Source: Eledone cirrhosa (Eukaryota). From it: 64,000 nt of DNA. The position numbers were made by a program, and so were the translations under genes. Shown in pieces: positions 38,985 to 47,268 of the stretch. The notes below the pieces were generated by a model. That model worked only from the letters and a program-made list of their open reading frames with translations. It searched no databases and was not told the DNA's origin. Where the stretch lies: positions 161,758,001-161,822,000 of the forward strand of contig OZ024741.1 of the NCBI GenBank assembly GCA_964016885.1. Reading direction: 5' to 3'. Every line of letters begins with the position of its first letter. The stretch's first letter is position 1.

Positions 38985-40580
38985 CAACCCTTGCTAGAAG
39001 GGAAACTTGCATTAAATGATGATGATGATGGTATATATATATTGGCTTATGAAGTATTGGGAGATTTGAAGTTTGAAAATGTAGTTGCTATAAAGCAGAT
39101 AATTATAATATTAGTTGAATAAATCAGTTAAAGTACTCCAGAAGATAGCAAAATGTCGATATTGGCTGTCAAAATGGATGTACACAGTTTCAACCTCTTC
39201 TGACTATACACATACAACCACATATTGTTATTTCTAATCAATGCCATTCAGCACTGGCAAGAAAGATTGCTCTAATTATAGAGGCATCTCCTTGTTAAGC
39301 CACTCTGGTAAAGTCTATGCTAAGTGTCTGGCAAATGGATGTAGGATTATTGTTGAGTTCAAGTTAACTGACGAATCGTGTGGATTTTACCCTGGACATT
39401 GCACAACTGATCATATATTCACTCTATGTGAGGTCTTCAAGAAATAGTGAAAGTATTGCCATGAGATGTATACTTGTTTTGTGAATCTTGGAAAGGCATA
39501 TAACTGTTTTCCACGATAATATGAGATGTCATCTGGTGTACCACAGGGATCTGTTCTTAGCCCCCTTTTGTTTGTGGCATATATTAATGACATAGATGCC
39601 AACTTAAAGAATGCCATGGTACTAAAGTACGCAGATGACATCAAGCTGTACCTTGAGATAAAAAGGACAGATCCTGAACACTATAGATCTTGCTTGCAGT
39701 CTGACCTGGACACACTGCAACAATGGATCTCAGACTGGCAACTCAAGCTAGCTGTGGACAAGTGCACCACCATGCATTTTGGGAGTAAAAACCCAGCGTC
39801 CACATACTCCCTCCACAGCACTAATATCAAGAAGTCTTCTTGTGAACGTGACCTGGGCATTACGGTCAGCAGCGATTTGCGTTGGACGATGCACGTCTCT
39901 AAAATTGTCAAGAGCGCCGAGGGTGTCTTAGCATCAATCAGCAAGACCTTTGTCAGCCGCTCTCCAGCTATCTATTTAAGGCTGTACATGGCTATGGTGC
40001 GGCCACACTTAGAATTTGCATCACCAGTCTGGAACCCCTATCTTGCTCAGAACATTGACCGCCTGGAAAGTGTTCAGAGACGTGCAACCAAGCAAATACC
40101 CTCCATCAGGCATCTACCATACTCTGAGCGCCTTGCTTCCCTGGCCATGGATACATTGAAGCTCCGACGCTGGGCAACTGACTTGGTAAACACCCACAAA
40201 ATTGTTAACCATCTTGCCAACAACAACCCTGAGCACCTTTTTGAATTCCATATGTCTAACACACGTGGGTATGCTCACAAAGTCAGAAAACAGCACAGTT
40301 CCCATGACTTTCGGAAACATTTTTTCACGCTCAGAGTTGCTGAAGCATGGAACAAACTACCTGCATCGGTTATTAGCTGTCGAGACACTGCATCCTTTAA
40401 AATCTCCATGCTTCCCGAGATTCACCAACACTACACCTAATGTTCCCCCTCCATACACATACACACATGTATACCATGACTCATACACTATTCACTTTCC
40501 TGACATTTGTGTATTATTCTATGTACTATACATACACCTTTGACGAGTTGTAGTGCACCTGAGCACTTTACACAATAATT

Positions 40581-40615
<35 letters not shown>

Positions 40616-41147
40616 TACTTCTCCATATCAAGATATTCAGCTCTGGGACTATGGACAGGCGGTTAGAGTGTCTAAGGAAAGAATTACTGCACATATTTTA
40701 TAGGCAAAACCATGAGACCCAGAGGTAGACCACAAGAAAGATTGTTGGATAATATTCATAAGCTCAGTTGGTCTCACTTAGGGATCCATTTGGATCATTT
40801 GGAGACTGTTGCTTCTGATAGGACTTTTTGGAAGGCGAGTCTGAGGAGAACTCTGATCCTATGATGCTCTGAAGAATAAGTACATGAAGAACAAGAAGAC
40901 ACTGTGCACCCTAGTGTTGTAATAAGGTAGTACTCATGTCACAAGGAAAAGTACCCAGTCTATGAAATAGAGAAGATAGATGTTAAATGGTGATGACAAG
41001 GATGGTGATGATTATTTCTTTTTTTCTATTTTGTAGGTCTTGTCAGAGGATTTGAGCAGTAAACAATTACAGTACCCTCAAGACTGGAGAAACAGAGGCT
41101 GTTACTCTTCCACTAAAATCATTTATGAGTCCACTGAAAAAATATGA
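4993..41147 (+). CDS. FLACC1: FLACC1/ALS2CR12-like flagellum-associated coiled-coil protein, 13 exons, about 450 aa (true start may be upstream of the window, or ATG 5039)
   Basis: Exons 4993-5088, 9632-9746, 12090-12211, 14482-14508, 16406-16499, 21019-21080, 21695-21792, 23947-24099, 26068-26171, 30632-30703, 37030-37119, 38293-38502, 41037-41147. AG acceptors and GT donors have matching phases, giving one open frame to TGA. Blocks VVTPSYILSKNK, LKKENSYLQYSFTSYQETLQEEME and VDDHYKQKINNL resemble FLACC1 as recalled from memory (not searched). Confidence 0.75.
5094..6262. repeat. 18-bp minisatellite (GTTAGTTGTAGTGACTGG and variants) punctuated by nine 25-bp variant units
   Basis: Directly visible. 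It explains the LTQSLQ and NPVTT ORFs in the track. Confidence 0.97.
6365..7800 (-). mobile_element. Degraded RTE-clade LINE (APE endonuclease to start of RT)
   Basis: Minus-strand RKSDTLERSNYRG matches the KGDALDRGNYRG block of the other RTE copies; upstream remnants look like endonuclease coding sequence. Confidence 0.7.
8886..9114. mobile_element. piggyBac-type MITE (TTAA-CCCTTTAGCATTT...AAATGCTAAAGGG-TTAA consensus)
   Basis: TTAA target duplication, CCC...GGG terminal inverted repeats, five related copies in the window. Confidence 0.8.
9632..9746 (+). CDS. FLACC1: FLACC1-like exon (TLKRVKPKLSEKPVCMQPFQKRLTFKKNKAVSYEKAHQ)
   Basis: ttag| ... |gttggt, phase 2-0 fits both neighbours. Confidence 0.6.
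9884..9972 (-). ncRNA. Degenerate type I hammerhead ribozyme-like motif
   Basis: Minus strand: CTGAAGA, stem II (actatc/gatagt), GAAATATGTATA, enclosed by an imperfect stem I (gtttattt/aaataaac). Confidence 0.45.
10085..11840 (-). mobile_element. RTE-clade LINE, 5'-truncated and degenerate
   Basis: [16 protein letters not shown] and RRLRWYGHV in ORFs 11225-11713, 10724-10936 and 10391-10642; (GAT)n tail at 10085-10102. Confidence 0.92.
12090..12211 (+). CDS. FLACC1: FLACC1-like exon (DPMVPIVVTPSYILSKNKTKYNAIIKTEKFF...)
   Basis: ttctag| ... |gtaagc, phase 0-2. Confidence 0.8.
13318..14009. repeat. 346-bp tandem duplication containing a SINE
   Basis: 13318-13663 and 13664-14009 appear identical; the track shows identical ORFs at 13398 and 13744. 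Confidence 0.92.
14482..14508 (+). CDS. FLACC1: FLACC1-like 27-nt microexon (NKEPKNRE)
   Basis: atcag| ... |gtaaga, phase 2-2, symmetric so it could be skipped in frame. Confidence 0.65.
14649..14802. mobile_element. piggyBac-type MITE, internally deleted copy
   Basis: Same TIRs, TTAA ends and internal sequence as 8886-9114. Confidence 0.7.
15755..15955 (-). mobile_element. tRNA-derived SINE with GCCTTTCATCCTTACGGGGTCGATAAAATAAAGTACCAG core (Nin/Deu-domain-like)
   Basis: B-box GTTCAAATCC plus a shared core. Other copies at about 13420, 13766, 14975, 15480, 27995, 32025, 33036, 36010, 37990, 48960 and 54965. Confidence 0.75.
16406..16499 (+). CDS. FLACC1: FLACC1-like exon (DLLLEQLHQQIADLELYLEEEQYEHKQSKLK)
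   Basis: tttcag| ... |gtcagt, phase 2-0, coiled-coil heptads. Confidence 0.85.
17170..17560 (-). mobile_element. Helitron Pif1-like helicase C-terminal remnant
   Basis: Manual minus-strand translation across stops and frameshifts gives LLRNLD..RLCNG, PRMPLIPTDVPFNFK, PVRVSYAMTINKS and CFSYDQLYVGCSRVG. Confidence 0.8.
17894..18460 (-). mobile_element. RTE LINE 3' end
   Basis: QERRLRWYGHVMRM ORF, 3' UTR and (GAT)n tail closely similar to 10085-10660. Confidence 0.9.
19190..21000 (+). mobile_element. RTE-clade LINE, 5'-truncated, with an uninterrupted 444-aa RT C-terminal ORF (19194-20528)
   Basis: [39 protein letters not shown], Cys/His finger, RRLRWYGHV; duplicated 3' UTR block and (GAT)n tail. 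Confidence 0.96.
21019..21080 (+). CDS. FLACC1: FLACC1-like exon (AEQFLNDKVQQIQTQHHNEI)
   Basis: ttccag| ... |gttagt, phase 0-2. Confidence 0.8.
21695..21792 (+). CDS. FLACC1: FLACC1-like exon (EMEEKHRSDIKELEENHKNQFEICLKEIEIEI)
   Basis: cccag| ... |gtaata, phase 2-1. Confidence 0.85.
22713..22941. mobile_element. piggyBac-type MITE, diverged ends
   Basis: Internal sequence matches 8886-9114. Confidence 0.72.
23947..24099 (+). CDS. FLACC1: FLACC1-like exon (RLKKENSYLQYSFTSYQETLQEEMENK...)
   Basis: tgcag| ... |gttagt, phase 1-1. Confidence 0.8.
24795..25440 (-). mobile_element. RTE LINE fragment of a second family
   Basis: ILLYGCKSWTL...FEHKCFRRLLHI...ILQGTVE...RRGR. Confidence 0.85.
26068..26171 (+). 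CDS. FLACC1: FLACC1-like exon (ERLEKEKETEVNNLMQEHNEQKEQLKKDLDDKLE)
   Basis: tacag| ... |gttttt, phase 1-0. Confidence 0.85.
27995..28155 (-). mobile_element. tRNA-derived SINE (same core family)
   Basis: Core and B-box visible on the minus strand. Confidence 0.78.
29680..29900 (+). mobile_element. CRE-like non-LTR retrotransposon, restriction-like endonuclease remnant
   Basis: VAVETSGV...FLQQVSLAIVCGNA resembles the C-terminal P-x-x-x-ET-x-G...QR-x-S-x-A-x-QRGNA block. Confidence 0.6.
30632..30703 (+). CDS. FLACC1: FLACC1-like exon (SMEQYYQSVMEKLKTMNSVKQKLN)
   Basis: ttccag| ... |gtaagt, phase 0-0. Confidence 0.8.
30745..32027 (+). mobile_element. CR1-type LINE 3' end carrying an internal 61-bp tandem array
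   Basis: Collinear with 40240-40600 except for the array; (ATT)n tail. Confidence 0.9.
30866..31842 (+). repeat. 61-bp minisatellite, 16 copies
   Basis: Unit CATGGAACAAA(T/C)TACCTGCATCAGTTGTTAGCTGCCGAGACACTGCATCCTTTAAAACCTC. Confidence 0.97.
32025..32212 (+). mobile_element. tRNA-derived SINE (same core family)
   Basis: A-box-like TGGCAGTATTGG, B-box GTTCAAATCCCGCC, core and tail. Confidence 0.8.
32210..32550. repeat. Degenerate (GTT/GCT/ATT)n trinucleotide microsatellite
   Basis: Directly visible; source of the poly-N and poly-L ORFs. Confidence 0.9.
32732..32960. mobile_element. piggyBac-type MITE
   Basis: TTAA ends, same family. Confidence 0.8.
33205..33821 (+). mobile_element. CR1-type LINE 3' fragment
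   Basis: LYIAMVRPHLEFASPVWNP; nearly identical to 39960-40600; (ATT)n tail. Confidence 0.9.
34025..34080 (-). ncRNA. Minimal type I hammerhead ribozyme, copy 1
   Basis: Minus strand gttg-CTGATGA-tAGCTaataAGCTt-GAAAC-ta-GTA-cagc. Confidence 0.72.
34445..34492 (-). ncRNA. Minimal type I hammerhead ribozyme, copy 2
   Basis: Same core; stem I acgttg/cagcgt. Confidence 0.72.
34492..34548 (+). ncRNA. Minimal type I hammerhead ribozyme, copy 3 (inverted)
   Basis: CTGATGA at 34508-34514, GAAAC at 34529-34533, GTA triplet at 34536-34538. Confidence 0.72.
36005..36240 (-). mobile_element. tRNA-derived SINE (same core family)
   Basis: Inverted near-copy of 33036-33200. Confidence 0.78.
36840..37010. 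repeat. 32-bp AT-rich minisatellite, about 5 copies
   Basis: Unit GGTGTAAATAATTATATCCTATATTATCATAT, ending just upstream of the exon at 37030. Confidence 0.85.
37030..37119 (+). CDS. FLACC1: FLACC1-like exon (ATEFKFNNLKDTHADLENRFNKMNKEFTIT)
   Basis: ttttag| ... |gtaagt, phase 0-0. Confidence 0.82.
38293..38502 (+). CDS. FLACC1: FLACC1-like exon (RGLLKAFEDNFDKKVDEVDDHYKQKINNLL...)
   Basis: tttcag| ... |gtgaaa, 210 nt open frame, phase 0-0. Confidence 0.85.
39241..39520 (+). mobile_element. Old RTE fragment interrupted by a CR1 insertion (continues at about 40615-40860)
   Basis: CSNYRGISLLS...GF..G..TTDHIFTL before the CR1, and RGRP...W-type C-terminal remnant after it. Confidence 0.7.
39525..40613 (+). 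mobile_element. CR1-type LINE, 5'-truncated, open 304-aa RT C-terminus (39526-40440)
   Basis: SGVPQGSVLSPLLF, YADDIKL, LQSDLD, ERDLGI, RPHLEFASPVW, WNKLP; (ATT)n tail. Confidence 0.95.
41037..41147 (+). CDS. FLACC1: FLACC1-like terminal coding exon ending in TGA
   Basis: Strong polypyrimidine tract and ttgtag|, 36 codons then TGA. Confidence 0.7.
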   Translation, partial: VLSEDLSSKQLQYPQDWRNRGCYSSTKIIYESTEKI

Positions 41148-43028
41148 GCTGGCTGTTTGATGAGAGTAGGAGAGACATGTGAATGGAGACCATTGTAGTT
41201 AGTGACAGAAAAAGCAGAGGATGGAGACAATAGTTCTGTGGGTGGGTGGCTAGATAGTATCGATGAGTGACATTATGTAGATTAGGCTACAAGCTAAGGA
41301 TTTTTTGAGCCTGAAAACAAAGGCTAGTCTTTCTGACGCAGTATTCATGTTAGGGATATGTATTTGTTATTAAAAGTTTTGGGTGTATGGGAAGGTTAGG
41401 GCTACTGTTAGAAGTAGGTATTTAAAGTGTAGGTGAGGGTTAGGAGTAATGTTAAAGGTTGGTCTTTTTGGTGTTTGTAAGGATTAGAAGTAGTGTAAGA
41501 AATAGGTATTTGAAATGTGTGTGAGGGTTAAGGGTAGTGTAAGAGGTAGGTATTTAAAGCATGTGTGATTCCACATTGGTATCTGTAAACATTCGGAATA
41601 GCGATTACTTCTTGTGATGTATACCATTAACGGTGGTCTGTGCAACTACTAGTTTCATGACATTTAAATATGTGTGTGTGTAGCAGAAAAAGAGGCTTAT
41701 ATAATGATGTGTATATTTCTTGCAGGTTAACTGATGATTACAGTAAAGAAAAAAATTTTTTTATAAGGGACAGAACTCTTACATTTTTTACTAAAGGGAA
41801 ACAACTCTATTTTTTTATTTTTTATAAAAATTAGAAAATGGTATGTTGTTGTTTTTAGTCAATTTCTGCAACATATTTTCATTTTGTATAGTATATTTTC
41901 TTTAAAAACATTAACATTTCTGGCGTTGTCACATCTGTTGTAGATCCCACCCCATCCCGGCCAGGTTTCATCTGGTTTGACCCAATAGACATTTTAAATG
42001 TTATTACACATAAACCCAAGAAAAGTAGATGGTATGGTCAATATGAGTTGAGAAAGAATTTGATTCCTATTTCTAGCATATGGAGTGACTGATTAAACAC
42101 ACACACACACATATTGATAGATGAGCATAGTCACACAGAATTACAGACACAAACACATCTCTTATAAACATACACAATCACAAATATATATCTTATGAAA
42201 TACATATAGATACACTCATATTTCTTATCAACACATACACACATCTCACTGTAGACACACACAATATACACAACTCTGTTTTGCACACACGTCTCATGAA
42301 GACACATACAGACACATGCATCACATTTAGACATGTAGACACATATCTCTTGTAGACTCAGACACACCAAAACATCATGTAGACACACACACACACACCC
42401 ACATGTATCTCATGCAGAGACACACATGCATCTATCTCTTGTTGACACACTGACACACCTCTTTTAGATACACACACACACACACACTCCTCTTGTCGAC
42501 ATGCAGATACATATGTTGGGTTGTAGACTTCATCCATTGACTAATTTAATATTACCATCACCATCTGGTAGTTGGCTACCTTTAACACAGTCAACTGCTG
42601 AGGCAGGTTTTTAGTAGGTGACACCATCCTCCCCTTTCTCCCTCACTAGTGTTGAAAGCCCTTAAATAGGGTTATGGGCTTTGCTCTTTTTTTTGAAGTG
42701 TTTAAAGAAAAATAACGAATGTGTCGAATATGTTAAGTCCTGGCAAAGATTGAAAGCTGTACCTAAATATGTTTTTGCTGTAAAATAAAAATAAAAATTA
42801 TATATTGTTGTTGAATTAATTGAAATACAGTAGACTAATATGAAATGAGTCAGTGACATCTGGCAGTATATTGTGCTATGTTTTGGCTTGCCATACTGGT
42901 ATGGGTTGGACTGGGGAAGGTGTAGGGTTGGAGTGGTGAACATATTGGTAGGCAAGCACATAAATGCCTTCATTACCACCCTTCCCATGCTTTTTTCATT
43001 GCACTTGTATAGGAAGGTGGGTTGTATG

Positions 43029-43103
<75 letters not shown>

Positions 43104-43399
43104 CATGTATACATACATGTATACATACATATATAGATATACATATGCACACACACATGTACACATACACACACATACATATATATAAGAAGATAAGGTA
43201 GTTTTCAATTTTCGTTGGTAAAATCCAACTTGTGCTGTGAGTATGAAACTGTTAATGAAGAAACAGCTTACCAGATAGATTTCTCAATGTGTATAATTGA
43301 GTTCTGTGAAATAATATTCCAGGTGTTAATCCATGGGTATTTTCTAGGTTCCAATAATGTGCGGAGTATGTATAAGTTAATATGTTAGTAAAAACGTAC

Positions 43400-45570
43400 A
43401 AGGCATGATTAGAAAAACTTACTTAATTATACATTTTAACACGTGTTTCATTATTGAGTTACACCAGAGTCTACAAGAGCTGTTTAGAGATATTGATATT
43501 TCCAATCATTCTCTCGCAAACCTCACAACTCAAAAAATCTTCAGAAAATGAATACAATTTTTAGAATTTGAGTGATAGTATCAAATGTAAATAGGGAGGA
43601 TTTTTGGTGCTACATAAATGAGAGATGTATAGCTAATCTATAGATCAAAGGGGACTGTATAAGTTATGGAAGTGGCTACTATGGTAGGAAAATAAACAGG
43701 CCACAAATCTCTTTAATATTAGTGGAATCAGCTTGATAATTACAGATAAAGGTGAAACTAAAGTAGTTGATTTGGTGCCACTTGTAAATGTTATAAAACT
43801 GGCTATTTGAAAGAGATGGAAGTGACACAAATTGAGAAATGGAGGTAGAGTAATAGGCTCTAATCACGGGTTAGATAGGGTTATAATTAGAAAATGTTTT
43901 AGGTATTTATGTTTACAGTTGGATATCCTATCTTGTCTAGAGTTCAGTAATTTCTCTCCTGTCAAAATTTCTAGTATTTCCATCACACAAAGATCACAAT
44001 CCCTTCTTTCACATAGGTAGGGGTGGGCGAATCGTAGAATGGACCACAACAGATTATATTTTATTTTTTCATTTTTTAATTTCCAAATTTTCCTAGCCAA
44101 AGCAGTAGAGGTTCGAAGCTCTGGATTTTTAATCAAATGGGTATGTACAACCCATCTTTTCTTAAAAAAGTTAGATGTGGACCCCACATATTTAAATATC
44201 CCACAGCTTTTAGCTTCGCATTGGTACACAATGTTGTTACTCATGCATTTAGCTGATAGGTGGCAGCTATCAGGTTTTCTACAGTTACAATGTATTAGTG
44301 CTTGTTGTCGATTAAAATCTCTTTTTTCGTTAAGGGTAGATGGATGTATTAGTGGGCTGTGATAGGAATACCTGCTTATTGTTGATATTTTAGTGTGATA
44401 CAGTGGGTTGAAATGACGATGAAGATGAGGACAGGTTAATACTTCAAATAGACGTGTTTGCTGCTATGTTTTCGGTGGCGTTAATTATTTAGTCCCACTA
44501 TATAACTTTCTAGGTTCATTGTAGTTGAGTATGATAGTCTGACTGTAATCCTGTTTAAAATTTTGTGGTGGCAGAAAGTTCTTATCTAGTATTTTGAAGA
44601 ATAAATGGGGTAGTTTAGTCATAAATAAGTTGTGTGGAAGATTATACTATAAGTATGATTTGCTTCAGGATCGTCCAGGGATTATTTTTGAGATTCATCT
44701 GTTGTTTCAACCAGTATATTTTCCGAATTGTAGGCTATAGGATTGTTGTTTCTACCCAATTTGCGAAGGTGTGTTCATGGTCTATTCGTCCTTGTTCTGT
44801 GGTGTTTTGAAAATTGGTAATGATGTTGTTGAGCATCCCTAATATTAGGAATATAATTTATTCTTTCCTCATAACCAGCCTTCCCTAGTACCACATTGTA
44901 ATAATCTGCATGTGCATTGAGTGTATCTATGGAAGTAGAAAGTTTGAAGATCCTAAGTGATACACCCTTGTTGATAGAATTTATTATGGATTTAGGGTGA
45001 TCGGAGTATCGGCTAATATATATCAGATTTTCATTAATTCTCAGGTAAGATTCAAACAGGTTAGAATTGAGGTTGAGGGTAACAGTTAAACAATTAGGTA
45101 GCTTATAGTTATACTCAAAAGTTATTTTCAGGCCCATATGTTTGAAGAAGTGAAAACTACCTTATTTTCTTATGTCTAGCTCCCAGTAAGTTGAGCAACA
45201 CTAACTGTTAACTGGTACACTATGGAAAAACACCACATAGGCATTTCTCTAAAAAATATTCTTCTTCCTGATAGGAATGATTATCTTAAGAGCATGATCC
45301 TAAAAACCAACAATTTTATCAGTTGTTTAAATGGAAGGTGTACATCGATAACGAAAAAACTAATCCAAACAATAACAAAGATTCACAGAAAAATAACTTT
45401 GGATTTAAATCCTATAAAAATCCACTGCATAATCCATATCTGCATTTGAAACATAATGGATTTGGTCAGTAACATTAAATTTAAAAATCGCCAATACTGT
45501 AGTAAATTCCAGAAAAATCTCCAATCAATCATGAATAGACTGAGAAACTGTGGAAGTATCAGCTGGTCAA
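43400..45570 (-). mobile_element. Penelope-like element remnant (Naiad-like): GIY-YIG endonuclease, RT thumb and an inverted N-terminal fragment
   Basis: CNCRKPDSCHLSAKC linker, IVYQC...YVGST...KKRW..H...TALA..IWKL...WSIL...CDLC..E...LNSR...CKH (43864-44290); thumb YI...SDHPKSII (44775-45137). Confidence 0.85.
43425..43559 (-). ncRNA. Type I hammerhead ribozyme-like motif with a long stem II, downstream of the Penelope ORF
   Basis: Minus strand catttt-CTGAAGA-[ttgagttg...taactcaa]-GAAACACGTGTT-aaaatg; stem I perfectly paired over 6 bp. Confidence 0.68.
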
Positions 45571-45577
45571 ATATACT

Positions 45578-46360
45578 GCATGACCAGGCTGGGTTTCGGT
45601 GAAATTTGGCACCAAAGATCATGGCGAAGGTTCTCAACGCCATTCTGGGGAAGGTGGACACGGTGAAGAGGGCCACCAATTCCTACATCGACGATATCTT
45701 GGTAGACTGTGGTGTCGGCAGCAGAGGTTTCAAGCCACCTAGAAATGTTCGGGTAAACTGCAAAACCACCAGAGGCGATGGAAGGAAGAGCCACACCTGG
45801 TATTTCACATTGGAGGGCACATTGGTATTTCAGAGGGGAAATGAAATCCCAGAACTGGGCACTGCCATGGACAGACAAGAACTTTTCTCAATGTGTGGGA
45901 AACTGATGGGTCACTATCCAACTGCAGGGTTGCTTTGAACAGCATGCAGCTATGTCAAGAGATGAGCGGATGGAGTAAGCTGGGGAGACAGAGTGGGAGA
46001 GAAGGTGGTGGCCATTATGTGGGAGATGGAGGCAGATGACCCAGTAAGATGAAGCTGGGACGTGCCCAAATTGGAGAATGGGACTGTATGGTGTGATGTC
46101 AGCAGCAAATCACTAGGGGTTGTTCTAGAAATAGGGTGTGTCGAGGTTGAGGATGCAGCCTGGCTCAGGAAGAACTGCAACCACATCGTGGTCGAATTGG
46201 ACTCCATGTTGAAGGAAGTAAATCTCTCCCTGAGATGGGCACTTCACACTATAGAGATTCATACTGATTCGGCCACTGTACTCGGATGGGTGAGATCAGT
46301 ACTTACCAGTGAGAGGAGGGTGCGGACAAGAGGGGTGGCAGAAATGTTAATAAAGCACTG
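45578..46360 (+). mobile_element. Degenerate LTR-retrotransposon pol fragment (RT/RNase H)
   Basis: NSYIDDILV, WCDVSSKSLGVVLEI, EDAAWLRK, ELD and HTDSATVLGW, with stops. Confidence 0.78.
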
Positions 46361-46627
46361 TCTAACAGGAGTGCCCGTAGCGTTTATCTCGAACCAGCAG
46401 TTCCCCCTGGTAGCACTGCCAAACGAGGGATTTCTGGAAGTTATCCATTGTCCCGAGCTCGAGAGTCCTCCGGAACTGACTGGTTAGTTCGATTTCGTCC
46501 ACGCCCAGAACTTCTCCAAGAGCGTCGTAGCACTTGCTCACCACTAATCCTCTATAGAACTCAAGAGTGGAATTTATTTTTATTTTTATTTTTTTATATA
46601 CTGCATTAGAGTAAACAAATTAAAAAC

Positions 46628-46940
46628 AATTTTTACACTTGCACGCATCACGCGTTGAAAGCAAAATCTGTATTTTTCCTATGGTTTTTGGTGTTTTCTT
46701 TTGTTGATTTTTTGTGTGTTTTTGTTTCCAAATCTGACCTTCAAAATCGTCGGAAATTTTTTTAGTTAACAGGAGGCGGACACCCTCAGAGTTTTCGGGT
46801 TTAGAGGTGAATACTACACCTGTCGCGCAGAAGAATAATTTCCAACGGTTTTGAAGGTCAGATTCAGTTCAAAACATTAAAAACAATAGGGAAATCATAC
46901 GTTTTAATTCCAACGCGAAACAGGTGTTATTGTAAAAATT
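46628..46940. repeat. Imperfect foldback (MITE-like) inverted repeat
   Basis: aatctgaccttcaaaatcgtcggaaatt pairs with aatttccaacggttttgaaggtcagatt, plus outer paired blocks. Confidence 0.65.
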
Positions 46941-47149
46941 AATACGTTTATTCCCATATACTTCTGGACCCCCTTCCCTCCCATAAATGCAGTTTCGGCT
47001 CCAAGTTGTCCGAGGACATACAATTAAGAAACGAGGATCTCAGAAGCCCCCCTTATTGACTATTCATAATTAAATACGCTAGTGAAATAGAGTTATTTCC
47101 CTTATCGGACTCTTTTGCAAAAGGCAATAATGAATGAGTGAATATAAAA

Positions 47150-47268
47150 ATGTCCGAAGATGCAGAAGGAACTTGTTCCAATTCTAGCAACAATGCTTCA
47201 CAGAAACGGCCTGTATTTGGCAATCGCCATCTAACCGACTCCAGTAACGTATTCCAGCACAACGCTTG
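47150..47268 (+). CDS. METTL2: METTL2 exon 1
   Basis: AAAATG start; [22 protein letters not shown] |gtgagt. Confidence 0.9.

Noticed and set aside
42131-43208. C/V/Y/I-rich ORFs
   Set aside because: They are translations of (CA)n and (TA)n microsatellites.
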